Below, one piece after another: positions 42,597 to 51,828 of a DNA stretch of 64,000 bases (the first letter of the stretch is position 1; each line of letters begins with the position of its first letter). The stretch is from contig JBGAPX010000006.1 of NCBI GenBank assembly GCA_044221045.1, positions 780 to 64,779 of the forward strand. The letters are read 5' to 3'. This DNA is from Gemmatimonadales bacterium. GTDB taxonomy: Bacteria; Gemmatimonadota; Gemmatimonadetes; Gemmatimonadales; GWC2-71-9. Made by a program: the position numbers and the translations under genes. Below the pieces are notes generated by a model. It did no database searches and was not told the DNA's origin. It worked only from the letters and a program-made list of their open reading frames with translations.

Positions 42597-43244
42597 CTAC
42601 TCCTCGCGCGGGCCCCCGGCCGGGGCCCGCCGGGCGGGCAGGACGCCGGCCTCGGTCACCAGTCCGTAGGCCGGGTACCCTCCGCGGTACCCCACCGCGC
42701 GCCCGAGGGCGCCGAGCAGGCCGAAGAGCGCCCGCTGCAGGAGGAGCGGTGGGCCGGCGAGGTAGGTGGCGGGCATCGCCTCGTCCACCAGCACCGCGAG
42801 CTGGAGCAGCCCGGGCAGCCCCGCCGCGTTGACCCGCCCGTCGGCGGCCAGCCCGAAGATCGTGAGCTGGGCCTGGATGCTCGCCCGGATGCCGCGCGGG
42901 TCGGGGGGAACGGTCTCGCCGGTCTGGCGTACGTGGAGTGGAGCGTCACCGATGCTCCACGGGTGCACGTGCGGGACACCCGGGGGCATCACGATGCGGG
43001 ACCCCGGGCCGGCCTCACCTGACTCGGCGCCGATCCGGTACCGGGCCGTCCCGGCGAGGATCTCGAAGGTCTCGGTCGCCGCCGGATGCAGGTGCGGCGC
43101 CACCGCGCGCTCCCCCGAGTGCGCCCGGTAGACGTACTCGAGGACGAACCGGCCCGGAACGGCGGGCGAGGGAAGCGACAGGATGCGCACCTTCTGCCCA
43201 TCCCGCGGGTTCTCGAACCAGGGACTGCTCTCGGCGTGTGCCAT
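42597..43244 (-). CDS. Cupin-domain protein
   Basis: PHLHPAATETF...PPGVPHVHPW. Confidence 0.8.
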   Translation of the reverse strand: MAHAESSPWFENPRDGQKVRILSLPSPAVPGRFVLEYVYRAHSGERAVAPHLHPAATETFEILAGTARYRIGAESGEAGPGSRIVMPPGVPHVHPWSIGDAPLHVRQTGETVPPDPRGIRASIQAQLTIFGLAADGRVNAAGLPGLLQLAVLVDEAMPATYLAGPPLLLQRALFGLLGALGRAVGYRGGYPAYGLVTEAGVLPARRAPAGGPREE

Positions 43245-43313
43245 CGTGGCGCTCGGGGGAGTGGTACGAGGCTACGCCGCCGGCCGCGCGCCGGATTGCC
43301 CGGCCACCGGCCT

Positions 43314-43365
43314 GGGCCGCGGCTCGCCCCGCCGGGCCGCGACTCGCCCCGCCACCCGTCACTCC
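43314..43365. repeat. 20-bp tandem direct repeat (2 near-perfect copies plus a partial third), candidate regulator site
   Basis: GGGCCGCGGCTCGCCCCGCC (43314-33), GGGCCGCGACTCGCCCCGCC (43334-53), then partial CCGTCACTC. Confidence 0.75.
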
Positions 43366-43438
43366 GGCGGGGCCGCCCCGTACCGTGCCGTGGCCGCGCG
43401 CACCGGGTGCGCGGCGACCCCCGAGCCACGGAGCCTGG

Positions 43439-44965
43439 ATGTCCGTCCGATTCCCCTGCCGCGCGGCGCACCGCGGACCGTCGTCACTGCTGACCCTGGT
43501 GCTCCTGGCTGCGCCGCTGGCCGGCCAGCAGCCGTGGCCCGGTCGCGATCGCCTGGAAGCTGAACGCTGCCGCCCGGCCAGCGGCGACGGTGCCGCCTGG
43601 CTGGCGCGGGCCGGCGAGGCCACCGGCCTCGCCGCCTTGCGCTCCGGGCTCCGGTTCCGCGCCACCGAGAGCGATGCCCAGTTCTTCCAGTCGGACCGCA
43701 TGGTGCCGCCCTTCATCGGCTCCGCCACGGCCTACGAGTTCACCTTCGAGCCCGCCGGCGGCGCGGAGCAGGCGGTGCTGCTCGTGCCCGGAGGCGGGCG
43801 CGGCCGGACGCTCATCCGCACTCCGCAGGCCCTGTTCGGCGTGCGCGACACGACGCTGGTGCCGGCGGCCGCCGCCTTCCGGCAGTTCGAGACGTCCCGC
43901 CCGCTCAACCCGCTCGCCATCCTCGCGGAGTGGCGCGGGGCGGCGGCCAGGGTCGTGGCGCACTGCACCTTCCGCGACTACCCGCGGGTGGTGCTCTCGC
44001 GAGGCGTGACCGGGGAGCGGCTCTACCTCCACGCCACGAGCGGCGTGCCCGTCAAGTACGAGCGGGTCGAGTCGCATGTCCTCTGGGGCCAGGTCCGGGC
44101 GGAGTATGCATACGCCACCTGGTGGCAGGCGGGGCCGGTGATGCTGCCGGTGGTGGCGGTGCGCTACCTCGATGGGGTCGAGCAGCTCCGCCGTGACCTG
44201 CGGCTGCCGCAGACGCAGGCGGAGACCCTCGCCGACACCGTGCCCCTCGCCGCGGCACTGGCGCGGCCGCTGCCCGTGCCGCTGCCGGACCACACTGGCA
44301 GCCCCGACATGAGCCTGCGGGTGGTGCCGGTGGACACGGTCCGGGTGGACGACCAGACCTTCCTGCTGCGGACCCCGATGTACACCCACGCGGTGACCCG
44401 GGTGCGCGATACCGTCTACCTGTTCGACGCCACCACCGCGGAGTGGCGCAGCCGGGCCGACTCGGCGTGGATCGCCACGCTCTTCCCCGGGGCCCGCGCC
44501 ATGGTGCTCGTGGTCACCGACCTGGCGTGGCCGCATGTGAGCGGTGTCCGATACTGGGCCGCGCGCGGCGCCGCGATCGCCACCCACCGGCTGTCGCTGC
44601 CGTTCCTGCGCCAGCTCATCGACCGGCGCTGGACGCTCGCGCCTGACGCGCGGGAACGCGGGCGGGGTGCCGCGGCCCGGACCCGCTGGATCACCGTGGA
44701 TTCCGCCACGTCGCTCGCGGGGGGCGCCGTGCGCCTTCACGTCATCGACGGCGTCAGCAGCGAGGGCGCGCTGATGGCGATGCTCGATGGATCGGGGCTG
44801 CTGTGGGCGGGGGACTATATTCAGGCCGCGGATGAACCCTCGGTGTACGCCCGCGAGGTCATCGCCGCCGCCGGGCGCGCGGGCTTCCACCCCACGCACG
44901 CCGCGGCCCAACACCTGCCCCTCACGCCATGGACCGACGTCACCCGAGCCAACCCCTCGCCGTGA
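43439..44965 (+). CDS. Secreted protein with C-terminal degenerate metallo-beta-lactamase fold
   Basis: Signal-like LLTLVLLAAPLAG; VYLFDA, VVTDLAWPHVSG, AIATH, LLWAGDY follow the MBL motif order. Start after GGAG. Confidence 0.65.
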   Translation: MSVRFPCRAAHRGPSSLLTLVLLAAPLAGQQPWPGRDRLEAERCRPASGDGAAWLARAGEATGLAALRSGLRFRATESDAQFFQSDRMVPPFIGSATAYEFTFEPAGGAEQAVLLVPGGGRGRTLIRTPQALFGVRDTTLVPAAAAFRQFETSRPLNPLAILAEWRGAAARVVAHCTFRDYPRVVLSRGVTGERLYLHATSGVPVKYERVESHVLWGQVRAEYAYATWWQAGPVMLPVVAVRYLDGVEQLRRDLRLPQTQAETLADTVPLAAALARPLPVPLPDHTGSPDMSLRVVPVDTVRVDDQTFLLRTPMYTHAVTRVRDTVYLFDATTAEWRSRADSAWIATLFPGARAMVLVVTDLAWPHVSGVRYWAARGAAIATHRLSLPFLRQLIDRRWTLAPDARERGRGAAARTRWITVDSATSLAGGAVRLHVIDGVSSEGALMAMLDGSGLLWAGDYIQAADEPSVYAREVIAAAGRAGFHPTHAAAQHLPLTPWTDVTRANPSP

Positions 44966-46038
44966 GGCTTGCCGCCGCCGGGCCGGCGCGCGCGGCCACC
45001 CTGATCGTGGTGGCGCTGTGCGCCGGGTTGGCGGTGGTGAGCGCGCTGCAGCTCTACGTGGCGCGGCTTGCCAGCGACGAGCCCACCCGGCTCGCCGACG
45101 CCCTGCTCTACGGGCTCGCCGCGTGGATTCCGTGGGCCGCCGCCGCGCCGCTGGTCCTCGGGGCGGGGCGGCGCTTCGCCTTCGGCCCCGGCCGGCGGCT
45201 GGCCTCCCTCGCCGCGCACCTGGGGCTCTTCACTCTCTGCTATGTCCCCTTCACCACGGGGCTGGTCTACCTCTCCCTCGCACTGTTCGGCAACGGGGAA
45301 CGGCTGACCCGGGAGCAGCTGGTCTCCACCGTGTTCGCCGGCGGCCGCACCCAGCTCGGCGTGCTCCTTTACCTCGGGCTGCTCGGGCTCGGCGCGGCGG
45401 CGCGCACCTGGTTCGCCCTGCGCGACCGGGAGCTCCAGGCCTCCCGCCTCGAGGCGCAGGCCGCGCGGGCCAGGCTCGAGGCGCTGGCCTCGCGCCTGCA
45501 GCCTCACTTCCTCTTCAACACCCTGCACGCCATCGGGGTGCTGGTCGAGGAGGATCCCGCGCGGGCCCGCGCCATGATCACGCGCCTGGGCGACCTCCTC
45601 CGTGACCTCATCGGCGGCGCCACCGAGGGCGAGGTGCCGCTGCGGGAGGAGCTGGAATTGCTGCGGCGGTACCTCGCCATCGAGCAGGTGCGCTTCGCCG
45701 ACCGGCTCCGGGTGGAGGTCACGGCCGACCCCACCACGCTCGACCTGCCCGTGCCCCGGCTGCTGCTGCAGCCGCTGGCCGAGAACGCGTTGCGGCACGG
45801 CCTCGCGCCCCGGGCCGCGCCCGGCACCCTCACCGTCCGTGCCACCCGGGACGCGGGGGGCCTCGAGGTGGTCGTGGCGAACGACGGCGTGCCCCTCGCG
45901 CCACACCGCCCCGACGGGGTGGGCCTCGCCACCACCCGGGAACGCCTCGCCACCCGGGTGCCACCCGGCAGCCTCACGCTGGCGCAGTGCGGCGCGCTGG
46001 TCGAGGCCCGGGTGCGGCTCCCAGCGGTCGCCCCGTGA
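44962..46038 (+). CDS. LytS/YehU-type sensor histidine kinase
   Basis: N-terminal TM segments, LQPHFLFNTL, LLQPLAENALRHG, GVGLA; GTGA overlap. Confidence 0.92.
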   Translation: MRLAAAGPARAATLIVVALCAGLAVVSALQLYVARLASDEPTRLADALLYGLAAWIPWAAAAPLVLGAGRRFAFGPGRRLASLAAHLGLFTLCYVPFTTGLVYLSLALFGNGERLTREQLVSTVFAGGRTQLGVLLYLGLLGLGAAARTWFALRDRELQASRLEAQAARARLEALASRLQPHFLFNTLHAIGVLVEEDPARARAMITRLGDLLRDLIGGATEGEVPLREELELLRRYLAIEQVRFADRLRVEVTADPTTLDLPVPRLLLQPLAENALRHGLAPRAAPGTLTVRATRDAGGLEVVVANDGVPLAPHRPDGVGLATTRERLATRVPPGSLTLAQCGALVEARVRLPAVAP

Positions 46039-46808
46039 CCGACGAGCTCCTGGCACTCGTGGTGGACGATGAGCCGCTGGTCCGGCGCGACCTGGTCCGG
46101 CTGCTCGGCGCGCAGCCCGGCGTGCGCGTGGCGGGCGAGGCGGCGCATGGCCTCGAGGCGCTGGCGCGGATCGAGGCGCTGGCGCCGGACGTCGTGTTCC
46201 TCGACATCCAGATGCCGGAGCTCGATGGGCTCGGGGTCGTGGCGGCGCTGGACCCCGCCACCGCACCGCTCATCGTCTTCGTCACCGCCTACGACCGGTA
46301 CGCCCTGCAGGCCTTCGAGGCCCACGCGGTGGACTACCTGCTCAAGCCCTTTGATGCGGAACGCCTGGCGCGGACGGTGGGGCGGGTGCGGGAACGGCGG
46401 GCGGGGGCGCGGGCGCTGGATCTCGAGCGGGTGACGACCGCGCTGCTCGCGCCGCGCGGGGGCGGGGTGCGTTACCTCGATCGCCTGGCGGCCCGCGGCG
46501 TCCGCGACACCGTGGTGGTGCCGCTGGACGAGGTGCGCTGGATCGAGGCGGCCGACAACTACGTGCGGCTGCACGCCGCGTCGGGCACCCACCTCTCCCG
46601 CCGCACCATGCGCGACCTCGAGCGGCTCCTCGATCCCGGGGCGTTCGCGCGGATCCACCGCTCCACGATCGTCCGGCTGTCCGCCGTACGCGGGCTGCGC
46701 CCGTTCGGGGACGGGGACTGGGAGGTGCTGCTGCACGACGGCACCCGCCTGACCCTGACCCGGAACTACCGCGCGGCCTTCGAGTCGCGCTTCGGCGGGA
46801 TCGCCTGA
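46035..46808 (+). CDS. LytTR-family response regulator
   Basis: VVDDE, FLDIQMP, FVTAYDRYA, DYLLKP; WIEAADNYV, FARIHRSTIV. Confidence 0.95.
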   Translation: MTDELLALVVDDEPLVRRDLVRLLGAQPGVRVAGEAAHGLEALARIEALAPDVVFLDIQMPELDGLGVVAALDPATAPLIVFVTAYDRYALQAFEAHAVDYLLKPFDAERLARTVGRVRERRAGARALDLERVTTALLAPRGGGVRYLDRLAARGVRDTVVVPLDEVRWIEAADNYVRLHAASGTHLSRRTMRDLERLLDPGAFARIHRSTIVRLSAVRGLRPFGDGDWEVLLHDGTRLTLTRNYRAAFESRFGGIA

Positions 46809-46817
46809 GCCGTCACC

Positions 46818-47684
46818 TCAGGGCGAAGGCCGGTCGCGGACGAAGTGCGCGCGCCGGTACCCCACCGTGAACCCGAGGGACTCCCAGCGGTCGTAGGCCG
46901 GTCCGGCGCGGCCCGGCTGCACCGCCTCCAGGTCCGCCACGGCGAGCTGGGTCTCGCGCCGCGCCGCCAGCCCGAGCAGCGCGCGGATGAGGCGGTCGTC
47001 GTCGGCGAAGCCGGGCGCCATCACGCCCGGCACCGGCGCCTCCACCCCGAGCCACGCCGTGCGCTGCGGGCTGATGAACATGCTGCGGGCCGCGCGGATC
47101 TCGTCCCCCTGCACCAGGACGGCATGGTGCCAGCCGTCGCGGCCCACCAGCTCCTGCAGCCAGGGCGCGGTCGGCAGGCCGTACCAGCGGTCCAGGAAGC
47201 GGGTCCACCGCGGCGCCATCCGGCTGTCCACGAAGGCCACCTCGCCGTCCTCCACCGCGTGCCCCGCGAGGGGCGCCGTGCGGAACACCCGGTCCCAGCC
47301 CGGCCGCTCCACGAAGCCGCGGGCGGTGAGCCACCCGGGCAGGCTCGCCGGGGTGGCGGCGGGCAGGGTGAGCACCGTGACCCGGGCGATGCCCACCGCC
47401 TCGTACGTGGCCAGGATGGCGTCCAGCACCTCTTCGGTCGCCGGCGCGCCGAGCCCCAGGTTCAGCACCGAGTTGAAGTGCACGAACGGGATCGCCCGGC
47501 ACCGGGTGAAGGCGACGCCATCCTGCTCCCGCAGCTCGGGACGGAACTCCCGCGTGAAGGCGGGCGGCAGCGCCAGGTACATGTCGTGCCAGGCCTCGAG
47601 CTCCGCCCGCTCGATGGCCTGCACCTCCGCGGGCAGCAGCGCGCGGGGCTGGGGTGGTGGGGGTGTGGGGAACGGTCCTGACAT
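46818..47684 (-). CDS. Hypothetical protein, possibly a GNAT-like fold
   Basis: 288-aa ORF in the GC3-favoured frame; C-terminal WESLGFTVGY resembles a GNAT end motif. Confidence 0.55.
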   Translation of the reverse strand: MSGPFPTPPPPQPRALLPAEVQAIERAELEAWHDMYLALPPAFTREFRPELREQDGVAFTRCRAIPFVHFNSVLNLGLGAPATEEVLDAILATYEAVGIARVTVLTLPAATPASLPGWLTARGFVERPGWDRVFRTAPLAGHAVEDGEVAFVDSRMAPRWTRFLDRWYGLPTAPWLQELVGRDGWHHAVLVQGDEIRAARSMFISPQRTAWLGVEAPVPGVMAPGFADDDRLIRALLGLAARRETQLAVADLEAVQPGRAGPAYDRWESLGFTVGYRRAHFVRDRPSP

Positions 47685-47738
47685 GTCGGCCCGGGCGATC
47701 GAGGGACGCTGCCGGCCGTCACCGGCCGGTGTCGCAAC

Positions 47739-48227
47739 CTACTCCACCGGGCCGCGTTCGGCCACGAGCGCCGGGCCGCTGGCGACGTAGCGCCCCGTGA
47801 AGCTGGCGGCCGGGCCGGCGGTGTCGGCCAGTCGCACCTCCAGCCGGAGCCGGGCCCGGCCCCGCCGCCGGAGCGACCCGAGGAACCGATCGAGCGCGGC
47901 CGCCGGCGGAGCCAGGCAGGTGGCCGTGAAGTCGGCGGCCACCGGGCGGTCGTACCGGATGCTGCTGTCCTGCAGCACCGTCTCGGCCGCGAGCCCCTCC
48001 GCCCGCAGGCAGAGCCATACCCATGACCACCCGGCCAGGGTGGCCAGGGCATTGAGGCTCCCGGCGAAGGCGGTGCCGGAACGGTTCAGGTTGGGGGCCA
48101 GGGGCGCCGCCAGCACCACTTCCCCGGGGCTGGCGACCGCGACCCGGGCGCCGAGGGGCGTGGCGAGCGGGAAGTCGTGGCGCAGGAGGGCCTGCAGCTC
48201 GGCCGCGGCGGCTGCGTCGTGCGGCAT
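47739..48227 (-). CDS. Hotdog-fold thioesterase (YiiD C-terminal-like)
   Basis: PNLNRSGTAFAGSLNALATLAGW, IRYDRPV. Confidence 0.8.
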   Translation of the reverse strand: MPHDAAAAAELQALLRHDFPLATPLGARVAVASPGEVVLAAPLAPNLNRSGTAFAGSLNALATLAGWSWVWLCLRAEGLAAETVLQDSSIRYDRPVAADFTATCLAPPAAALDRFLGSLRRRGRARLRLEVRLADTAGPAASFTGRYVASGPALVAERGPVE

Positions 48228-48238
48228 CCCGGCGTGAC

Positions 48239-48679
48239 TCAGATGCGCCGGGTGTCGGCACGCCAGGTGGTGATCTGCGCCTTGATCGCCGCCCGATCGG
48301 TGATGCCCTCATCGAGCACCCTCCGCACCAGCGCCGGGAGCTCCGCGTCCGACGCGAAGCGCAGCGCGATCAGCTGGCCGGACCGGAGCGCCTCCGCCCG
48401 CGCCGCCAGCTCGGGCGAGAGCAGGCGGGCCAGCCGCAGCCGCTCCTCGAGGCAGATCACGCGATCCTGCACCCCCAGCGGGAACAACCGCACGTACCAG
48501 ACGAGCGCGAGCAGCGAGAGCGCCCCGGTCAGGCCGCCCAGGCTGCCGATCCCCGGGGCCCGGACCACCTGCGCTACGGCAAGCACACAGGTGGCCAGCA
48601 CGAGGGCGAAGGTGACCCCGTGGAACCCGGGGACGTAGCGCTTGTGCCGCTGGAACGACTGCGGGGTGGGATCGGCCAT
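48239..48679 (-). CDS. DUF6526-family membrane protein
   Basis: QSFQRH...VQDRVICLEERLRL...QLIALRFASDAEL...WRADTRRI. Confidence 0.75.
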   Translation of the reverse strand: MADPTPQSFQRHKRYVPGFHGVTFALVLATCVLAVAQVVRAPGIGSLGGLTGALSLLALVWYVRLFPLGVQDRVICLEERLRLARLLSPELAARAEALRSGQLIALRFASDAELPALVRRVLDEGITDRAAIKAQITTWRADTRRI

Positions 48680-48738
48680 GGCGACCTCGGCAAGGGGTAC
48701 GGCGGGCGGGCGCCGGGCGGCGCCCCGGGAATCGTCGG

Positions 48739-49227
48739 TCAGGCGCCGGCCAGTCGGACCGGATCGCCGGGACGCAGTTCGCCGCCGTCCAGCACCCGCG
48801 CGTACCAGCCGCGGCGCCCCGTGGCGGCCTTCAGGAAGGCGGGCCCCCGTTCCGAACCGAGATAGGGCAGCGTGTAGAGCTCGCGGCAGGGCACGCACGG
48901 CTTGGTCACCTCGAGGCGCACCGCCCCGGACTCGAGGCGGACACCGGGTCCGAGCGCCGATTCGGGGATGCCGCGCAGGGTCACGTTCTCGCCGAGGTCG
49001 CCGGCGGCCACCGGCCATCCCGCAGCCTGGTGCGTTGCAAGCAGGTCCTCGGTGACCAGCAGCAGCGCCTGCTCGGGATCGCCGGCGAGGGACTCCATCC
49101 GGTAGCGGTTGTAGTCGCCCTCCGCCCCCGCGGCCGACACCAGGAGGACCGGCACCGCGGCCTTGGGAAGCCCCACCTCGCCCGGGACCCGGCCCTTGAT
49201 GCTCACCCGCGCGATCGATCCCTGCAT
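48739..49227 (-). CDS. MOSC-domain protein
   Basis: LGENVTLRG, EVTKPCVPC, RRGWYARVLDGGELRPGD. Confidence 0.88.
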   Translation of the reverse strand: MQGSIARVSIKGRVPGEVGLPKAAVPVLLVSAAGAEGDYNRYRMESLAGDPEQALLLVTEDLLATHQAAGWPVAAGDLGENVTLRGIPESALGPGVRLESGAVRLEVTKPCVPCRELYTLPYLGSERGPAFLKAATGRRGWYARVLDGGELRPGDPVRLAGA

Positions 49228-49354
49228 GACTCCCTCCGGCCTCGGATTCGGTGCTCGCGGCTTACCTCCCCCGAACCTATCCGGGGCCCGAGTCCGCAAC
49301 CACCCCCGGGGGCGCCACGTAGGTGCCGGGGTCAACACTCCCTGGAGCCACGCC

Positions 49355-50584
49355 GTGCCCCGTCTCCCGTTCCTGCTGGCCCTCGTCCAGGTGGCCCTCG
49401 CCGGCGGGCCGGCCTCCCTGCCCGCGCAGGACATCGATGCGGCGCGGCTGGAGGCGATGCGCGCGCGGGACCCGCGGGACGCCGTCGTCCTCTTCAACCT
49501 CGCGGCGCTGCGCGCCACCTCGGGGGATCGTGAGGGGACGCTGGCATTGCTCGCGGCGGTGAGCCAGGCGCCGGGAGGGCTCGATCCAGGCTTCTACCGC
49601 GGCTTCGCCTTCCTGTACCGGGACACGGCGTTCGTCCGGATCGTCGCCGGGATCCGCGCCGCCAACCCGCCGCTGGTGCGGGGGGAGCCCGCGTTCACCA
49701 TCCCGGAGCGTGACCTGCAGCCGGAGGGCCTTGCTTTCGACCCGGTGGCGCGGGCGCTGTTCGCGGGGAGCTTCAAGGGCAAGATCGTGCGGATCGACTC
49801 GATGGGCGCGGTCAGCGACTTCGTGGCCCAGGCGGTACCGGGCGCGCACCGAGTGGTCGCCGGGCTCCGGGTGGATGCCGCGCGACGCCACCTCTGGGCC
49901 GTCGTCGATGATCCGCGCGCGTTCGGGGACCCGGCCGTGGGGGGCGCCGCCCTGCACCAGTACGCCCTCTCCGACGGCCGGTTGCTCGCGCGCCACGCCG
50001 GGCCCCCGGCCGGCGCCCTCAACGACGTGGCCCTGCTCCCCGACGGGACGGCCTGTGCCACCGGGACCTCGGACGGCTCCGTCTGGTGCATCCGGCCCGG
50101 CCATGGGGCCATGGAGCCGCTCGTTCCCGGCGGCACCATCCCGGAGGCCAACGGCATCACCGCCACGGCCGATGGCCGCGCGTTCTACGTGGCCGGCTGG
50201 CACGACATCCACCGGGTGGAGTACCCCTCCGGCCGGGTGCGCGTCCTGCCCGCCCCGGCCGGGGCACCGACGGGGAGCTTCGACGGCCTGTACCGGCACG
50301 GTGACGGGCTGGTGGGGATCCAGAATGGGATCCATCCCGGGCGGGTGGTGCGGCTCCGGCTCGACCCGCGGGGTGAACGCATCGTCGCGACGGAGGTGCT
50401 CGAGCGCTACCACCCGCGCTTCAACGGCATGACCACGGGGGCGATCGACGGCGACACCTTCCTGTACTTTGCCAATACCCAGTCGCGCGCCTTCCGCCCC
50501 GATGGCACGGCGATCGATCCCGCCGCGCTCGCCGACATCGTCATCCTGCGACTGGTGCTGCCCCCGGGCGGCGCAGCGCCGTGA
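49355..50584 (+). CDS. Secreted SMP-30/gluconolactonase-like beta-propeller protein with N-terminal helical repeat
   Basis: Signal peptide, PEGLAFD, NDVAL, ANGITAT, FDGLY. Confidence 0.7.
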   Translation: MPRLPFLLALVQVALAGGPASLPAQDIDAARLEAMRARDPRDAVVLFNLAALRATSGDREGTLALLAAVSQAPGGLDPGFYRGFAFLYRDTAFVRIVAGIRAANPPLVRGEPAFTIPERDLQPEGLAFDPVARALFAGSFKGKIVRIDSMGAVSDFVAQAVPGAHRVVAGLRVDAARRHLWAVVDDPRAFGDPAVGGAALHQYALSDGRLLARHAGPPAGALNDVALLPDGTACATGTSDGSVWCIRPGHGAMEPLVPGGTIPEANGITATADGRAFYVAGWHDIHRVEYPSGRVRVLPAPAGAPTGSFDGLYRHGDGLVGIQNGIHPGRVVRLRLDPRGERIVATEVLERYHPRFNGMTTGAIDGDTFLYFANTQSRAFRPDGTAIDPAALADIVILRLVLPPGGAAP

Positions 50585-51203
50585 ACCACGCCGCGAGCAC
50601 CATGAGGCCTCCGGCCGCCCCGACCAGCAGGCCGGGCCGGATGGCACCCGAGGGGACGAGGCTTCGCGTCGCCGCGAGGACCACGAGCCCCGTCGCCGTC
50701 ACCGTGACGTAACCGGCGAGCTCCAGCCGCCCCACCGGGACGCCCGCCGGCACCGGGCCGATGCTGCGGGTGTCGGGAAACAGGATGGCCTTGAGCCGGT
50801 GATAGTCCCAGCAGAGCAGGTACAGCGCGGCGAGCACCATCGGACCGGTGATGAACGGCGTCCCCCGGAAGCCGAGCGCGACGGTGATGACGAAGATGTT
50901 GAGGACGATGGGGAAGAAGATGATGGCGCCCGCGAGCGCCGTCCGGGGGACCAGGAGCAATACCCCCGCGAGCAGCTGCGCCCAGCCGATGAAACGCCAG
51001 TAGGCGCCGGTCCGGTGCATGGCGTCGAAGAAGTAGCCGACGGGTGTATCGGTCGACATGACGGTGAAGGGCAGTCCCTGCACCTTCACGAGCGCGGTCG
51101 GCACGAACGCCAGGGCGAGCAGGATCCGGCAGGTGATCGCGAGGCGCTGCAGGGGAAACCAGCCGCGCGCCTGCGCGTGCAGCCGGTCGAGTCGCTGTTC
51201 CAT
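50541..51203 (-). CDS. DoxX-family membrane protein
   Basis: RILLALAFVPTALVK, FIGWAQLLAGVLLL, IFFPIVLNIF. Confidence 0.78.
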   Translation of the reverse strand: MEQRLDRLHAQARGWFPLQRLAITCRILLALAFVPTALVKVQGLPFTVMSTDTPVGYFFDAMHRTGAYWRFIGWAQLLAGVLLLVPRTALAGAIIFFPIVLNIFVITVALGFRGTPFITGPMVLAALYLLCWDYHRLKAILFPDTRSIGPVPAGVPVGRLELAGYVTVTATGLVVLAATRSLVPSGAIRPGLLVGAAGGLMVLAAWFTALRRPGAAPVAG

Positions 51204-51309
51204 GGCCGGGCTCCCGGGGCGGTGAGGGGGTCGGGGTCGCCCCTGACAACGCGGGGTGGTGCCCGCGCGTTTCAGCGCCGGGACACCGGACCGGGTGCCG
51301 GAATGCACG

Positions 51310-51343
51310 CGGGCCGGGGGGCGCTTGGCGCCCACCCGGCCCG
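51310..51343 (-). terminator. GC-rich hairpin, possible terminator
   Basis: CGGGCCGGGGGGCGC-TTG-GCGCCCACCCGGCCCG, 20 nt after the stop of 51364..51723. No U tract. Confidence 0.35.
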
Positions 51344-51363
51344 TGGGGTACCCCGGCCCGCGG

Positions 51364-51723
51364 CTAGAACGCCGGCGTGACGGGCTTGAGCTCGAACGGC
51401 ACCTTCTGCCGCGGTTCCAGCGTGGCCAGCACACCTTCCCGGGCCAGGCGCTCCTCGGCGAAGAACAGGAGCGCCCGCACCTTCCGGCCGTGGGCCAGGA
51501 TCTCCTCCTCGGTGCAGCCCGTCTCCGCGGTGAGTTCCTTCATGAGCTCGTCCACCGGCTTGCGTGCCTTGGCCTTGACCTCCGGCACCGAGACCACGAA
51601 ACACGACTGGTCGAACGGGCTCGCCCAGGTCACGTCGAGGACGCCGGCGGTCGGTGCCGGGCCGGGACGCACGGTGAACTGGGCGGCGCGGCGGCGCTTG
51701 GTGGTCGAGTCTGAGGCAGTCAT
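51364..51723 (-). CDS. Hypothetical protein
   Basis: 119-aa ORF with GAGG RBS and a composition unlike the shadow ORFs (rich in Lys/Glu/Phe). Confidence 0.7.
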   Translation of the reverse strand: MTASDSTTKRRRAAQFTVRPGPAPTAGVLDVTWASPFDQSCFVVSVPEVKAKARKPVDELMKELTAETGCTEEEILAHGRKVRALLFFAEERLAREGVLATLEPRQKVPFELKPVTPAF

Positions 51724-51828
51724 GAGGTCCTCGAGCGGGTGGGCGGCCCTTCGGTCCGGGCCCGAAGATCCGGGGTCGGCCGCGTCCCGAAAGATAGCCG
51801 GTCGGACGGCCTCACGGATGGGGTGGGG

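Noticed and set aside
51724-51828. Possible c-di-GMP-I riboswitch (GGGACGC, GAAA)
   Set aside because: The elements fall on opposite strands and the GGCAAACC/GCAAAGC motifs are missing; only generic hairpins remain.
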